64,000 nucleotides of DNA, from the NCBI RefSeq assembly GCF_006345805.1, contig NC_043011.1, positions 51,782,464 to 51,846,463 of the forward strand, given 5' to 3'. The notes beneath the pieces are model-generated. The model did no database searches, had not been told where the DNA came from, and saw nothing but the letters and a program-made list of their open reading frames with translations. The translations under genes and the position numbers were made by a program. Origin of the DNA: Octopus sinensis. Lineage: Eukaryota. Shown here one piece after another: positions 39,562-50,770 of the stretch. How positions within the stretch are numbered: position 1 is the first letter of the stretch; every line of letters starts with the position of its first letter.

Positions 39562-39950
39562 TTACACTTCCAGGTGGGAAGGGTCGTCCGATGATGCTGA
39601 CATGCAGTGTCTGTGCAAGGCCTTGGCTCAGTAAAGCTGGACTCAAGAGTCATCTTCGTAGTCATAAAGTGAGACAAATGAGTGACAACCTGGCCACACC
39701 ATACTAATCATATCTGTCAGGCATGTGGAAGAGAGTGTAATTTGGCAGGAGGACTTAAACGACATGCAAAGGTACATGAAGCCCAGTTACAACTACAGCC
39801 GGCTATTGCCGGTAAAGGTTTTAGCTGCCAATTCTGTACAAGACATTGTAGATCTTTAGCTGGGCTAAAAAGTCACATTCGATCACAGCACCAATAACAG
39901 TTAAACTTTGTGCAATGGCCATACTCAATAACGAGGAGGCAGTCATCATG
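39562..39950 (+). pseudogene. Three tandem C2H2 zinc fingers with one frameshift, probably an RTE-type LINE C-terminus
   Basis: CSVC-x12-HLRSH (39603-39665), CQAC-x12-HAKVH (39715-39777), CQFC-x12-HIRSQH (39826-39891), stop at 39895-39897; no TGEKP linkers; about 55-nt UTR, then (ATGT)n. Confidence 0.75.
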
Positions 39951-39982
39951 TATGTATGTATGTGTGTGTGTGTATGTATGTA

Positions 39983-40013
<31 letters not shown>

Positions 40014-41729
40014 GAGTGTGCACCTTGTTTTGACATCAGATGATGGTTGTAAATGAGTATACATGTGGAGTTATTTGTTTCCAGTCTTCTATATAAAAAC
40101 ATGTTCAGCCATGGGAAAATATTATCATACTTAGAAACAGGTGAGAGCTGGTAAAAAAGGAAGGACATCTTACCAGAGGAAATCTGCCTCACCAAATTCC
40201 ATCTGACACATGCGAGCATGAAAAAGTGGACATTCAATGATGATGATGATGATGGTGATATGCATGTATGTATGTATGTATGTATGTATGTATGTATGTA
40301 TGTATGTATGTATGTATGTATGTATGTATGTATGTATGTATCTATCTTTCACCCATTCTGAAAGTCAAATCAGCATACTGTTGATCAACAATATGTCCTG
40401 GTATTTGGTTACATCTCTTAATACCAAGGCCAACTTTATCATTACATCTGCATATGGTCGATAAAAAATAAGTACCAGACAAAGTACTAGAATCAATATA
40501 ATCAACCAAAATACATGAAGTCACATGTCGCAATAAATGAAACCAGAAAGAATAGAAATGAATATAACAATGTATGAGTTTCTTAATATTTAATATGATT
40601 CTGTCACTTGTTTTAGATTCAGCCAATAAATCCCATACCAAATAAATACAATTATATTTTTATCCTATACTTGCTAGGGAAAATGAAAATAATATTACTT
40701 ATTGACTAATTTCAGGTTTTTAAAAAAATTTCTTTTGTCTTCTTCACTGTATAATTATATGTAATTAGCTTTTTAATGCTTCATTCATTAAACATATTAA
40801 TAGTTATTTAACTACTGTTTTTCATGCAGAAAATATCTTTGAATAATTTAATTTCTAAGCAATTCTATTTTGCAATGGCAAAAACTGTATAATCTTGTAC
40901 ATTTACTAAAACTAGCAAATCTACCCATCTATGAAGGGGGCATAAAATGAGGCAGGGAAGTCATAACAGCAGTATGTATTGAGAAATGTGTAAACAGACT
41001 TGATAGATTACTGGGTGATGTCTTAGAGAAATCACATTATTGTTGGTGATATAGCATTCTATTGCAGCTATATGACATGAGTTTGCAACTAAGTGACATA
41101 TGATGATGGTTCACATCCCAACTGAAATAGGCTCCCAGTCTCTGTATCATGAATGGTTATGTGGACCACTGCTAACATAAGCCAGAGCTTCCTTCGACCA
41201 CTACATAAAAAGTATTAAGAAAAAACTTTTATTTAGATATACTTTCATTTTAGTTGTTTACACTATTTTACACTTGTTTATACTCTTATACATTTAAAGA
41301 TCACAAATTTCCTTATCTAAATTATGAATCATATTCCTTTCGATAATATCAATATGATTACAAAACTTCTTAGTAGACGATACTTTCTATTTGGTAGACA
41401 CTAATTTTCAAATTACTGAAATCTGTTGCTCTACTCATAGTGACCTACATGATCCAAAGTCTGTCCCTGTGCCTTGTTTGCTGTGAATGTGCGAGCAGAA
41501 TCTTTAGGGTTGCAAAAAATCAAACTAAGACATACCTCCCACTGTTCTATGTGTATAATGTTTGGATGTAATGGTACCATGGATTATTTTGATTGACAAA
41601 ACTGAGATGTAAACAATAGCCGCTTCAATTAGCTGTTTTGAATCCTGCTCAAGACTGACACATTTCAATAACCACTAAATAATCACACATACTAAATACT
41701 GACACACACTTTTTTCCATTTTATTTTTG

Positions 41730-42030
41730 CTATTAACCATCCTCTCGATCCCCTTCATACCTATGATGGGGCCCCGAACTATACAATGAAAATCCACAGT
41801 TACTCGTGATCGGTGATTTTTTAATAAAAATGCGAAGGTGGCTTATCAATTCAAAAATCGATATCCACAAAATAATCATACTTTCTGATTTTTTAATGCT
41901 AAAAATCTTTCTGACAACTGTCGTTGTAACCTCGAAAAATATTGTAACCATTGGTCCAGCCATCTGGCTGTAAAGAGGAAATGCACAAAGAGACGGACAG
42001 ACAGATGGACATAATGCCCATTAAAGTAAG
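41730..42030 (+). mobile_element. Possible Helentron/HINE-like element
   Basis: ATTGGTCCAGCCATCTGGCTGTA...GACGGACAGACAGATGGACAT...TAAAGTAAGAT resembles the DINE/HINE layout; inference. Confidence 0.35.
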
Positions 42031-42089
42031 ATAGCAAATCTGCCCATCTACGATGGGAAATAAAGGGGTAGCATCGCAAATCTAAACCC

Positions 42090-42245
42090 ACTTTTTTAGT
42101 TTCAGATCCACTCACAAGGCTTTGGTTGGCCCAAGGTTATAGTAGAAGACACTTTCCCAAATTGCAAAGTGCCACACAGTGGGACAGAACCCAAAACCAT
42201 GTGGTTGGGAAGCATGCTTCTTACCATACAGCTACACCTGTGCCC
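42090..42245 (-). mobile_element. SINE-B head half
   Basis: ATCCACTCACAAGGCTTTGG...CTTACCATACAGCTACACCTG. Confidence 0.85.
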
Positions 42246-42261
42246 TATATCTATCTATCTA

Positions 42262-42340
<79 letters not shown>

Positions 42341-42774
42341 TAAATATACAAGCACATTGTCTAAAATTGAAATGAAACAACAGCAAGCAAAGGTTGATCA
42401 AATTTTTAACACAAAGTGTGTGTGTGTGTATGTATGTATGTGTGTGTGTGTGTGTGTGTGTTTTTGTGTGTATGTGTGTATGTATGTATGTATGTATGTA
42501 TGTATGTATGTATGCATGCGTGTATGTAATGTCTGTCTGTTTATATTTATATTGGTTTCCGTCTGGTGTAGTTTGTGTTTGATAGTCTTGGTTGAGACAG
42601 CTGATACCAAGCACCTGCAATGTCTTCATTTTATTATAATAAAACCGTTTTAAATACATATATATATATATATATAAGTAGGCCTTCAACCCCAATTAGA
42701 AATCAATATATATATATATATATATCAATGTATGCATGTGTGTATGTGTGGGTGTATGTATATATATATATATA

Positions 42775-43432
42775 ATCATCATCAGCATCATCGTTTAATG
42801 TCCATTTTGTATGCTGTCATGGGTTGGATGTTGTGACTGAAGACTGGCGAGCCAGTAGGCTGCACTTGGCTCCAATCTGATCTGGCATGGTTTCTACAGC
42901 AGGATGCCCTTCCTAATGCCAACCACTTCGAGAGCATAGTGGGTGCTTTTTATGTGCCACCAGCATGAGAGCCAGTCAGGTGGCACTGGCATCTATCACA
43001 TTTGGATGGTGCTTTTTACATGCCACCGGCATAGGAGCCAGTCAGGTGGCACTGGCATCAACCACATTCAGATGGTGTTTTTTACATGCCACTGCACAGA
43101 GAGCTAGTCAGGCGGCACTGGCATTGACTCATGCTTGAATGATGCTTATTAGGTGCCACCAGCACAGGTGCTAGTCAGGCAGCACTGGCATCAGCCACAA
43201 CTATGATTTCGATTTTGATTTTACATAACTCAATAGGTCTTCTCAAGCACAGCATATCGCCCGACGATTCCAGGGTACTTCTAAATGGGCTGGTTATGCA
43301 ACACTGTTATCGGACATGGCTGTGACCTCACTTTACTTGCCGGATCTTCTCAATCACAGCATGTCTCCAAAGGTCTCGGTCTCTTATCATTGCCTCTGTG
43401 AGGCCCAATGTTAGATGGTCATGCTTCTAACA
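42775..43432 (-). mobile_element. RTE LINE 3' end with a long UTR carrying a 4 x 66-bp array
   Basis: KHDHLTLGLTEAMIRDRDLWRHAVIEKIRQVK*; array units start at 42942, 43008, 43074 and about 43140; (GAT)n tail. Confidence 0.85.
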
Positions 43433-43434
43433 TA

Positions 43435-43484
<50 letters not shown>

Positions 43485-43485
<1 letters not shown>

Positions 43486-43846
43486 TACTCTTTTACTCAT
43501 TTCAGCCATGCGGCCGTGGTGATGCTGGAACACCACCATGGTCTTTCTGACTTCATCAGTCTGGGTGCTTCACATCACCACTCCTGTATGTGCCTTTATA
43601 CCAGCTGCCCTCGTCTGTACCTCACGTCGGCCTGTTGGTTCATTTAATATTGCGGAGAGGAAGATGTCTAGTTCTTTTTTGAAGACAGCTCCTTCCACCT
43701 TATGCAAATTTCTTAATTTTTGTGGCAGGGTATTGAAGAGTTGTGAGCCTTTGAACCCTAGACTATTGCAGTACCTGGCCCTGAATTTAGATGGAGTGGA
43801 TGGTACCTTTGGTACAATACAATAGTGGCCAGCTTTGGCATTTGTA
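43485..43846 (-). mobile_element. CR1-group LINE 3' end
   Basis: HYCIVPKVPSTPSKFRARYCNSLGFKGSQLFNTLPQKLRNLHKVEGAVFKKELDIFLSAILNEPT; ends GGTGTTCCAGCAT...ATGGCTGAAATGAGTAAAAGAGTAA. Confidence 0.82.
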
Positions 43847-43942
43847 TAACACACATACACACATACATATATATATGTATGTATGTATGTATCTATGTAT
43901 GTATGTATGATTATGTGTGTGTGCGTATATATATATATATAT

Positions 43943-44098
43943 ACTCTTTTACCTGTTTCAGTCATTTGACTGCGGCCATGCTGGAGCACTGCCTTTAGTC
44001 GAGCAAATCAACCCCAGGACTTATTCTTTGTAAGCCTAGTACTTATTCTATCGGTCTCTTTTGCAAGCTACTTACCACACAGCCACTCCTGCACCTAT
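43943..44098 (-). mobile_element. Internally deleted SINE-B1 (head stub joined to tail)
   Basis: ...TATCGGTCTCTTTTGC joins directly to AAGCTACTTACCACACAGCC. Confidence 0.85.
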
Positions 44099-44159
44099 AT
44101 ATATATATATATTGTATATGTGTCCTTCTCCAGTGAAGAACATATCACTCCACATAGAC

Positions 44160-45000
44160 TATATCAGCAATTTTAGGATAGTAACAGCAAGATGGAATGA
44201 GAAACATTAAATAATCTGAAGAAGGAAAGCATATAAACTGAAAAATCCTTTGATCAGGTGTAGGTTCAAAGAAGTATTAGTTGATGCATATGATGAGAGG
44301 AGAAAGAGGAAGTATAGAGGAGAAAGACAACTAAGTGTTTTTATGAGATAACTTGCTGCAAGCAACAGGCCACATCTGTGGATGGAGTAAAGTTTCAACG
44401 ATTATGAAGGTGACATTGTGTTGGAATAATATAGTAGTTACAGCCATAAAAACCAAGAGACAGGCCTAGAAAGATTGAAAAAAGGAGAATAGCAAGAACC
44501 AATCTCAGGTTACTAAAACAGATATAAGATTCTAAGTATACCTAACATGGAGAGAAACTAAAAAAAGGGGCTTGGTAATGCTCTGTAATGAGACAATTGG
44601 AAATATGAGATGTTCTGGATTTCAAGCAATGATGTATTAGTATGAATCAAGACATTTTGGGAGAAAATGATAACAGTGGTCTTGCCATCAATGATACTGA
44701 GAAGAAAGAACAATGGAGTTCTTCGTATAAGAAGTAGCTGAGTCTAGAGAATCTACAAGAATGAGAGGGTCTACTCAAAGTGGATCTAACACAGGTAGCA
44801 GCTACATTAGTTGACAACCATACTGCTGAAAGTGCAGATAGCCAGAATAATGGAATAGATAAGGTAACAAAGGTATTATTTTTCAGAATAAAGGGCAGGA
44901 TCTATAAGCCATTGTATCTAATGCAATATTGCAGGATCATGAAATATGAGCATTGAATATGGAAGATGTGAGAAGGCTAGAAAGAAATGAAGCAAAATAC
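44160..45000 (+). pseudogene. Old RTE LINE ORF remnant
   Basis: WNNIVVTAIKTKRQA (EN-RT linker) and a ...IKGRIY...EDVRRLERNEAK post-RT segment; many stops. Confidence 0.6.
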
Positions 45001-45041
45001 TTCACTGAATAATAATAATAATAATTATAATAATAATAATA

Positions 45042-45240
45042 ATAGTGCTCATAGGAACTGCCCATATCCTACGTAAAATACTGTCAATGTAATCTCAAAT
45101 TTTAAAACAAACTTATAATTTTCTTGTTTTCTTAAACATTCTCTAGAACAATACTTTGTGCAAAACCAAATATATGGCACCCTAGTCATAATACCAACTT
45201 GAACTTCTAACTTGTTCAAATGCAAAGCAAAAGTCAAACA
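45042..45240 (+). mobile_element. R4/Dong-like 3' end inserted in (TAA)n
   Basis: IVLIGTAHILRKILSM* (TAA 45090-45092) immediately after an (AAT)n run. Confidence 0.75.
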
Positions 45241-45242
45241 TA

Positions 45243-45283
<41 letters not shown>

Positions 45284-45313
45284 TTAACGATAATAATGAT
45301 AATAATAATAATA

Positions 45314-45369
<56 letters not shown>

Positions 45370-45370
<1 letters not shown>

Positions 45371-46010
45371 GATATAAGTATCTAGGGATTTTGGAATACA
45401 ACAAAATCAAGAAAAGTGAAATGAAGGAAAGCTTTAGGCAAGAATATCTCAGAAGAATCAAATTAATTACGGGAAGTGGGATTAATTATAGAAAAAACAA
45501 GATCAGGGCAATGAGCACATGAGCAGTTTCCATAAAGTGATATGACGCAGGTGTTATTAGGAGGACAAAGAACAAGCTTTGAGGAAAAAGACAGGAAGAC
45601 CAGAAAAATGATGGCAATTAATAAGGAACTGCACCCCAAAGGCAATACTGACAGGTTGTATCTATCTAGGAATAGGAGAAGAAGAAACCTCATAGGATGC
45701 AAGATCTGTGTTGTCAATGAGAAGAACAGTCTGGTATGGTACACCAAACAGCAGCGTAAATCCTTGCTTGCTGCTGTTAAAATTAGCAATACAATACCTA
45801 CTGAAAGTGTGATGCCTCCAAAACTGCTCTGCTGGGTACAGCTAGGATTTTGAGATTGGTACTTGGATGTTGAATGTCTTCCACGATAATTAACAACCAA
45901 GTATCAAAGCTTATGTGTGGAAAGAGACCTTGTGAGACCTCTGACAGCAGGCTGTTGTCCACTCTCACAGAATCTACCAGAACAAACAAGACCGAGTGGT
46001 CTGAGAAATA
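45370..46010 (+). mobile_element. R4/Dong-like element, 5' truncated and internally deleted, in (TAA)n
   Basis: GYKYLGILE...EYLRRIKL...RKTRKMMAINKELHPKGNTDRLYLSR, then an abrupt jump to KTALLGTARILRLVLGC* (TGA 45871-45873) and 3'UTR. Confidence 0.85.
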
Positions 46011-46099
46011 AAGCAATAATAATGATGATGATGCTGCCGCCGACACCGACACCACCACCGCCGATGATGATAGCAATGATAATAATGTACAAAAAATGG

Positions 46100-46410
46100 A
46101 ACCTGAATGAACTGAAAAAGTTGGTGAAAAGGAATTAGACATAGCATACAAGAGAGAGGAGTGAGCTGGTATGGACATGTGATGCAAATAGTGAATGAAA
46201 AATGAGTAAAGAGATGTCAAGTATACTACTTGATGGAAATTTGTGGAAGAGGAAGACCAAGTAAGATGAGGGAAAGAGTGATGAAAGCTGATCTCAGGAG
46301 ACTGAACACCACAGACAAAATACCACAACAAGCAAGACACAATGCCAGAGAAGACCTGTCCAACACATGCAAGCATAGAAAAGTGGGTGTAAAATAATGA
46401 AGAAGATGGA
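46100..46410 (+). pseudogene. RTE LINE C-terminal remnant
   Basis: WYGHVM...CGRGRP...MKADLRRLN, then CCAACACATGCAAGCATAGAAAAGTGG tail. Confidence 0.7.
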
Positions 46411-46445
46411 GATGTGCATCAATACCAAATTAATATCCAATCACA

Positions 46446-46871
46446 TCTTGACATGTCCATTCAATAGACATTACCAATTTGCATCATACAGTTGTCTCCA
46501 TGCTATATAGGCCTACTTAAGTTCTCAATACACTTGTGCTCAATTTTTCATTGTACACTGTACATCTAGCAGACCATACTCATTTTCATTCTCTTTACAT
46601 TAGATCTACCGCACTCATTTCCCATGCCTGGCTCCTTACCATTGGCCATGTCTTGACATGTCCATTCAATAGACATTACCAATTTGCATCATACAGTTGT
46701 CTCCTCTGCACACACCAGTCAATGCTATATAGGCCTACTTATGTTCTCAATACACTTGTGCTCAATTTTTCATTGTACACTGTACATCTAGCAGACCATA
46801 CTCAGTTTCATTCTCTTTACATTAGATCTACCGCACTCATTTCCCATGCCTGGCTCCTTACCATTGGCCAT
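46446..46871. repeat. Tandem duplication (about 205 and 221 bp)
   Basis: Units start at 46446 and 46651; the second has an extra TCTGCACACACCAGTCA. Confidence 0.95.
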
Positions 46872-48023
46872 CAGACTTTCCACAGCTTCACCACTGTGAT
46901 GTAAGAGGAAGTGATTGTTTTACTACCAACAAGGACTCTCAAAAATGTTTCTACTTGTTTCTTCCTCTACCAATTATAATTTCACCACAACCACTTCCAA
47001 CAGTGAGTTGTTGTTGTTTAGACCAGGGCCAGCTCTAACTTAGCAGATTTATTATCAAAGATGTTCTAGCCCTGACCAGCCTCTCTTTTTTTAGACAGTG
47101 TATTTAGGACCAGATTATCCAATGTGTTCCTTCTTAAGTAAGTACGGTATGATTTGAGAGATTAAGCTACTAATTCTAGCAGATTGAGAGACCATATAAC
47201 AATTTCTCTCATTGGCTTGTCCAGCACTGAATATAGCATCTAAGTAAGAGAATTAAAAATTTCAGTCAAACCTGCAAGGGACCCCTATGTGGTTGCTAAA
47301 TCTGCAAGAAATAGCAACTAAATTTCTCAGATATATTACATCTTATTGTCTTAAAAAACAACACATTAGATAGTGTCATCCATTGTACTCTATACTGGGA
47401 AAATGTTCATACAGTCATAATAGGAATGCCAGTGGTAATAGGTCTGTACAATCAGGGCTGACTTGGAGCTAAGAAACAAACAACAATTTCCATTTAAATA
47501 TCTGAATAATCTATAGGTTCTTATTTCAAGACAGTTATTGCTGCTCACTTTTCCTATAACATCTAATATTTCTGAAGTAATTGTTCTTTGCCTGTCTACC
47601 AGATGTGATATGGCACTTATTTTATACACCCTGATTACTTACTGTGAATACACTACAGTGTTAAAACCAAGAAATAGCAATCAGATCTCCCCCAAATTTC
47701 ATTCTAATGTTTCAAAAACTGAGGGATATACTAGATATTACATTCCTTGAAAAAAGATAGGATGATCATCTGTAATGCTTTTAACCCTTTTAATACCAAT
47801 CTGCCTAAAATGCTTTGGATTTATGATATAAATTTGAAGTGGCTGTGTGGTAAGTAGCTTGCTTACGTAACCACATGGTTCCGGTTTCAGTCCCACTGTG
47901 TGGCACCTTGGGCAAGTGTCTTCTACTATAGCCTCGGGCTGACCAAAGTTTTGTGAGTGGATTTGGTAGATGGAAACTGAAAGAAGCTCATCGTATATAT
48001 GTATATGTATATATATATATATA

Positions 48024-48229
48024 AAGTTAATCCAAACATGAAAACACAAAGAGAAAACACAACAACGCGAGGATGTGGAACAAATATAGTATTATTGGAT
48101 GCTCAGGAAGGAAGGGAAGAAGGAGGGTTTTACGTTTTGAGCGGAGCTCTTCGTCAGAAACATAGGAAAAGGAAAGATCCAGAGAAGGGAAGACGGAGGA
48201 AAAAAAATCGCCAACGGTACACACGCGGT
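48024..48229 (-). mobile_element. PLE-3 Penelope-like terminal fragment
   Basis: CpG-rich insert in (TA)n carrying a minimal hammerhead-like motif on the minus strand. Confidence 0.6.
48127..48161 (-). ncRNA. Minimal type I hammerhead-like motif (G12>A)
   Basis: GTTT-CTGACGA-A-GAGC(TCC)GCTC-AAAAC-GTA^AAAC; stems I and II pair perfectly; stem III is a palindromic ACGT. Confidence 0.65.
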
Positions 48230-50319
48230 ATATATGCGTGTGTGTGTTTGTGTGTGTTTGTGTGTCCCCCCAACATCACTTGACAATCGATGCTGGTGTG
48301 TTTACGTCCCCATAACTTAGCGGTTTGGCAAAAGAGTCAGACCAATAGAATAAGTACTACACTTACAAAGAATAAGTCCTGGGATCGATTTGCTCAACTA
48401 AAGGCGATGCTCCAGCATGGCCGCAGTCAAATGACTGAAACAAGTGAAAGAGTAGAGAGTAATCTAAATTAGAAGCTTCCATCAAAATTTCCTTTTAATT
48501 TATGCTCTAAACACCAGTTCAGTAATGACACACATTTTACTAAATTCTTTATGATTTTCAAAATTAACTGAACACAAAGGCATAGCATTTCAACAGAAAT
48601 ATAGCAACAAAAGAGATAAACATAAATCTACCTGATTAGGGCCAGCCTGGAGTTAAACAAGAACAACAGTACTGAGTTCCAACTAACTGTCTTCTCAGCA
48701 AAGCTACATTCTAAATGGTACTGAAAGTATTGTATCTCTACTATTGATTAGCACTTTGGTACATGCCATGTTCAGCCAAAGTTCTTGTTCAAGAACACCT
48801 TCCAAGCTTCAAATGTTTCATATAGTTCTTAGATAAAGTAATGAGAAGCAGACCATTTATATAAACAACCAGTATGGGAATAATTCTGTACGATTATGAC
48901 AAGAACTATAATAAATACAAGATGACTGGAAAGACATCCTGTGTATGCCCTAATATATGCTAAATTCTTGACTTAATTCCTTGCCAATCCTGACTCTCTT
49001 TATTTCTTCCTTGCTCACCAAACTGAAGCCTCTATAATTTCGCGTCTCTAGTTGCACCAACTTTACATATATGTTACGATTGGTAATTTGATTGTGCTGC
49101 AACTCCAATCATTTAGGAATCGCACTTTGCTGCACAATGAGATTAACTACTGAATGTGTGTATGTGTGTGTGTATGTGTATGTGTGTGTATGTGTATGTG
49201 TGTGTGTGTGTGTGTGCGTGCACGTGTGCGCTTATGCTTCGCATTTCAGTACTCATGTTTATGTGAGCAATTACAGAAGTGTGTGTATGTGCTTGTCATT
49301 AATTATGAAATTTGCTGTACCTGTGTAGTTCTGTATGTGAGAGCAGTCCCTAGACACAGGAATAGTGAAAGAGAATGAATAGGACATAAGCTAGCACTGG
49401 AGATATGAAACAGAGAGGGAGGGGGAATAGAGGAAGAGAGGGAGGGGAATAGAGAGAGAGAGAGAATGGATAGGTAGAAAGAGAGACATAACAAACTGCA
49501 GTACTTTATTATTTTGTCTCTTCCTCTTTTTATGGTATTTATTCCATTTATCTGCCAGTTTCTTCCCTGATTATGATGTATTATAGATGTCATTTCATTT
49601 TGATGTTATTTATACTTCAAAATGAAAGTACTGTTGAACCATTGTCATGTGTATGTATGCACACAATACATATGATATATGCACACATACAATTCTCCTC
49701 TTCTCAAATATTTTGTGCATACATTTGTGAATATTGTATGTCAATATATACTTTTACTTTCTTACAACTGAATATGTCAGTGTATGTATGCATGTGTGCA
49801 TGTATCTGTGTATGTTTGTATGCAAATGTGTGAGTATGTATGTATGTATGTACCTTTGTATCACTGTGAGAATACTTACAAATTCTTTCATAAATGTGTA
49901 TGCATGCATGTACACACACACCTCAAGAGGTACACATCCCCATTTGAATGTATGCATGTAAATATTACATGCGTATATATGTGTATACATTCTCAATGTA
50001 TATATATATATATATGTGTGTGTGTGTAGTAGAAGAGTCCAAAAAATAAGTGGTATTTGTTGCCAATTTTACACATGTGTGTTTGTGTATGTCTCAGTTA
50101 TACACACCTCTAAGTATACAGATGTGTGTGTATGCACATGTTTGCATTTGTGTGCATGCGATTGTACAGACTGGTGCATGTGCACGAATGTGTACGTATG
50201 GTTGTACAGAGTGCGTCCCACAAAACCCGTTGCATGATGTGAATGTCAAAAATGGCCAAACTGACATCAGGCAATGTTATAATATTAATGTCTTCTGTAT
50301 CAGTTGAAGCCAGTGTTCT

Positions 50320-50770
50320 GGGATAGGTGGAGGAAGAGAGGGGTGGTAGGGGTGCATACAAGAGTGAAGGGGGGAAGGGATGAAAAACAGAAGGTAGTAT
50401 GGGTGGGGTGGGGGGGAGGAAGAGGGGGAGAAGAAGAAGAAGAAGAAGAAGAAGAAGAAAGAGGAAAGAAAGAAGAGGAGGAAAAAGGAAAGAAAGACGA
50501 AGAAAAAAGAAAGAAAAAGAGGAAAAGGAAAGAAGAAGAAAAGAAGGAAAGAAGAAGAAGAAGAAGAAGAAGAAGAAGAAAAGAAAAAGAAGAAAAGAAG
50601 GAAAGAAGAAGAAGAAGAAGAAGAAGAAGAGGAGGAACAACAATAACAACAACAACAACAACAACAATAATGGCAGCATCAGCAGCAGGAAAATGATGAC
50701 AGAAGACAGAAGAGGAAAGAGAAAAAGAGAAAAAGAAATATGAAGGAAGTGGAATAAAAGGAAAAAAAAA
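50320..50770. repeat. Polypurine (GAA)n-rich tract
   Basis: Visible; gives poly-E/R/K ORFs. Confidence 0.95.

Larger units (their letters stand above)
47836..48460 (+). mobile_element. SINE-B1 carrying a PLE-3 insertion
   Basis: Complete head and tail separated by (TA)n plus a 206-bp foreign insert. Confidence 0.9.
47781..48620. mobile_element. Decayed piggyBac-type MITE split by a SINE-B1
   Basis: TTAACCCTTT left end; the right part aligns to the uninterrupted copy at 54976-55204. Confidence 0.65.

Noticed and set aside
43535-43565. CTGATGA-A-GTC...GAC on the minus strand, hammerhead-like
   Set aside because: No GAAA after stem II and no stem I or III; lies in a LINE 3' end.
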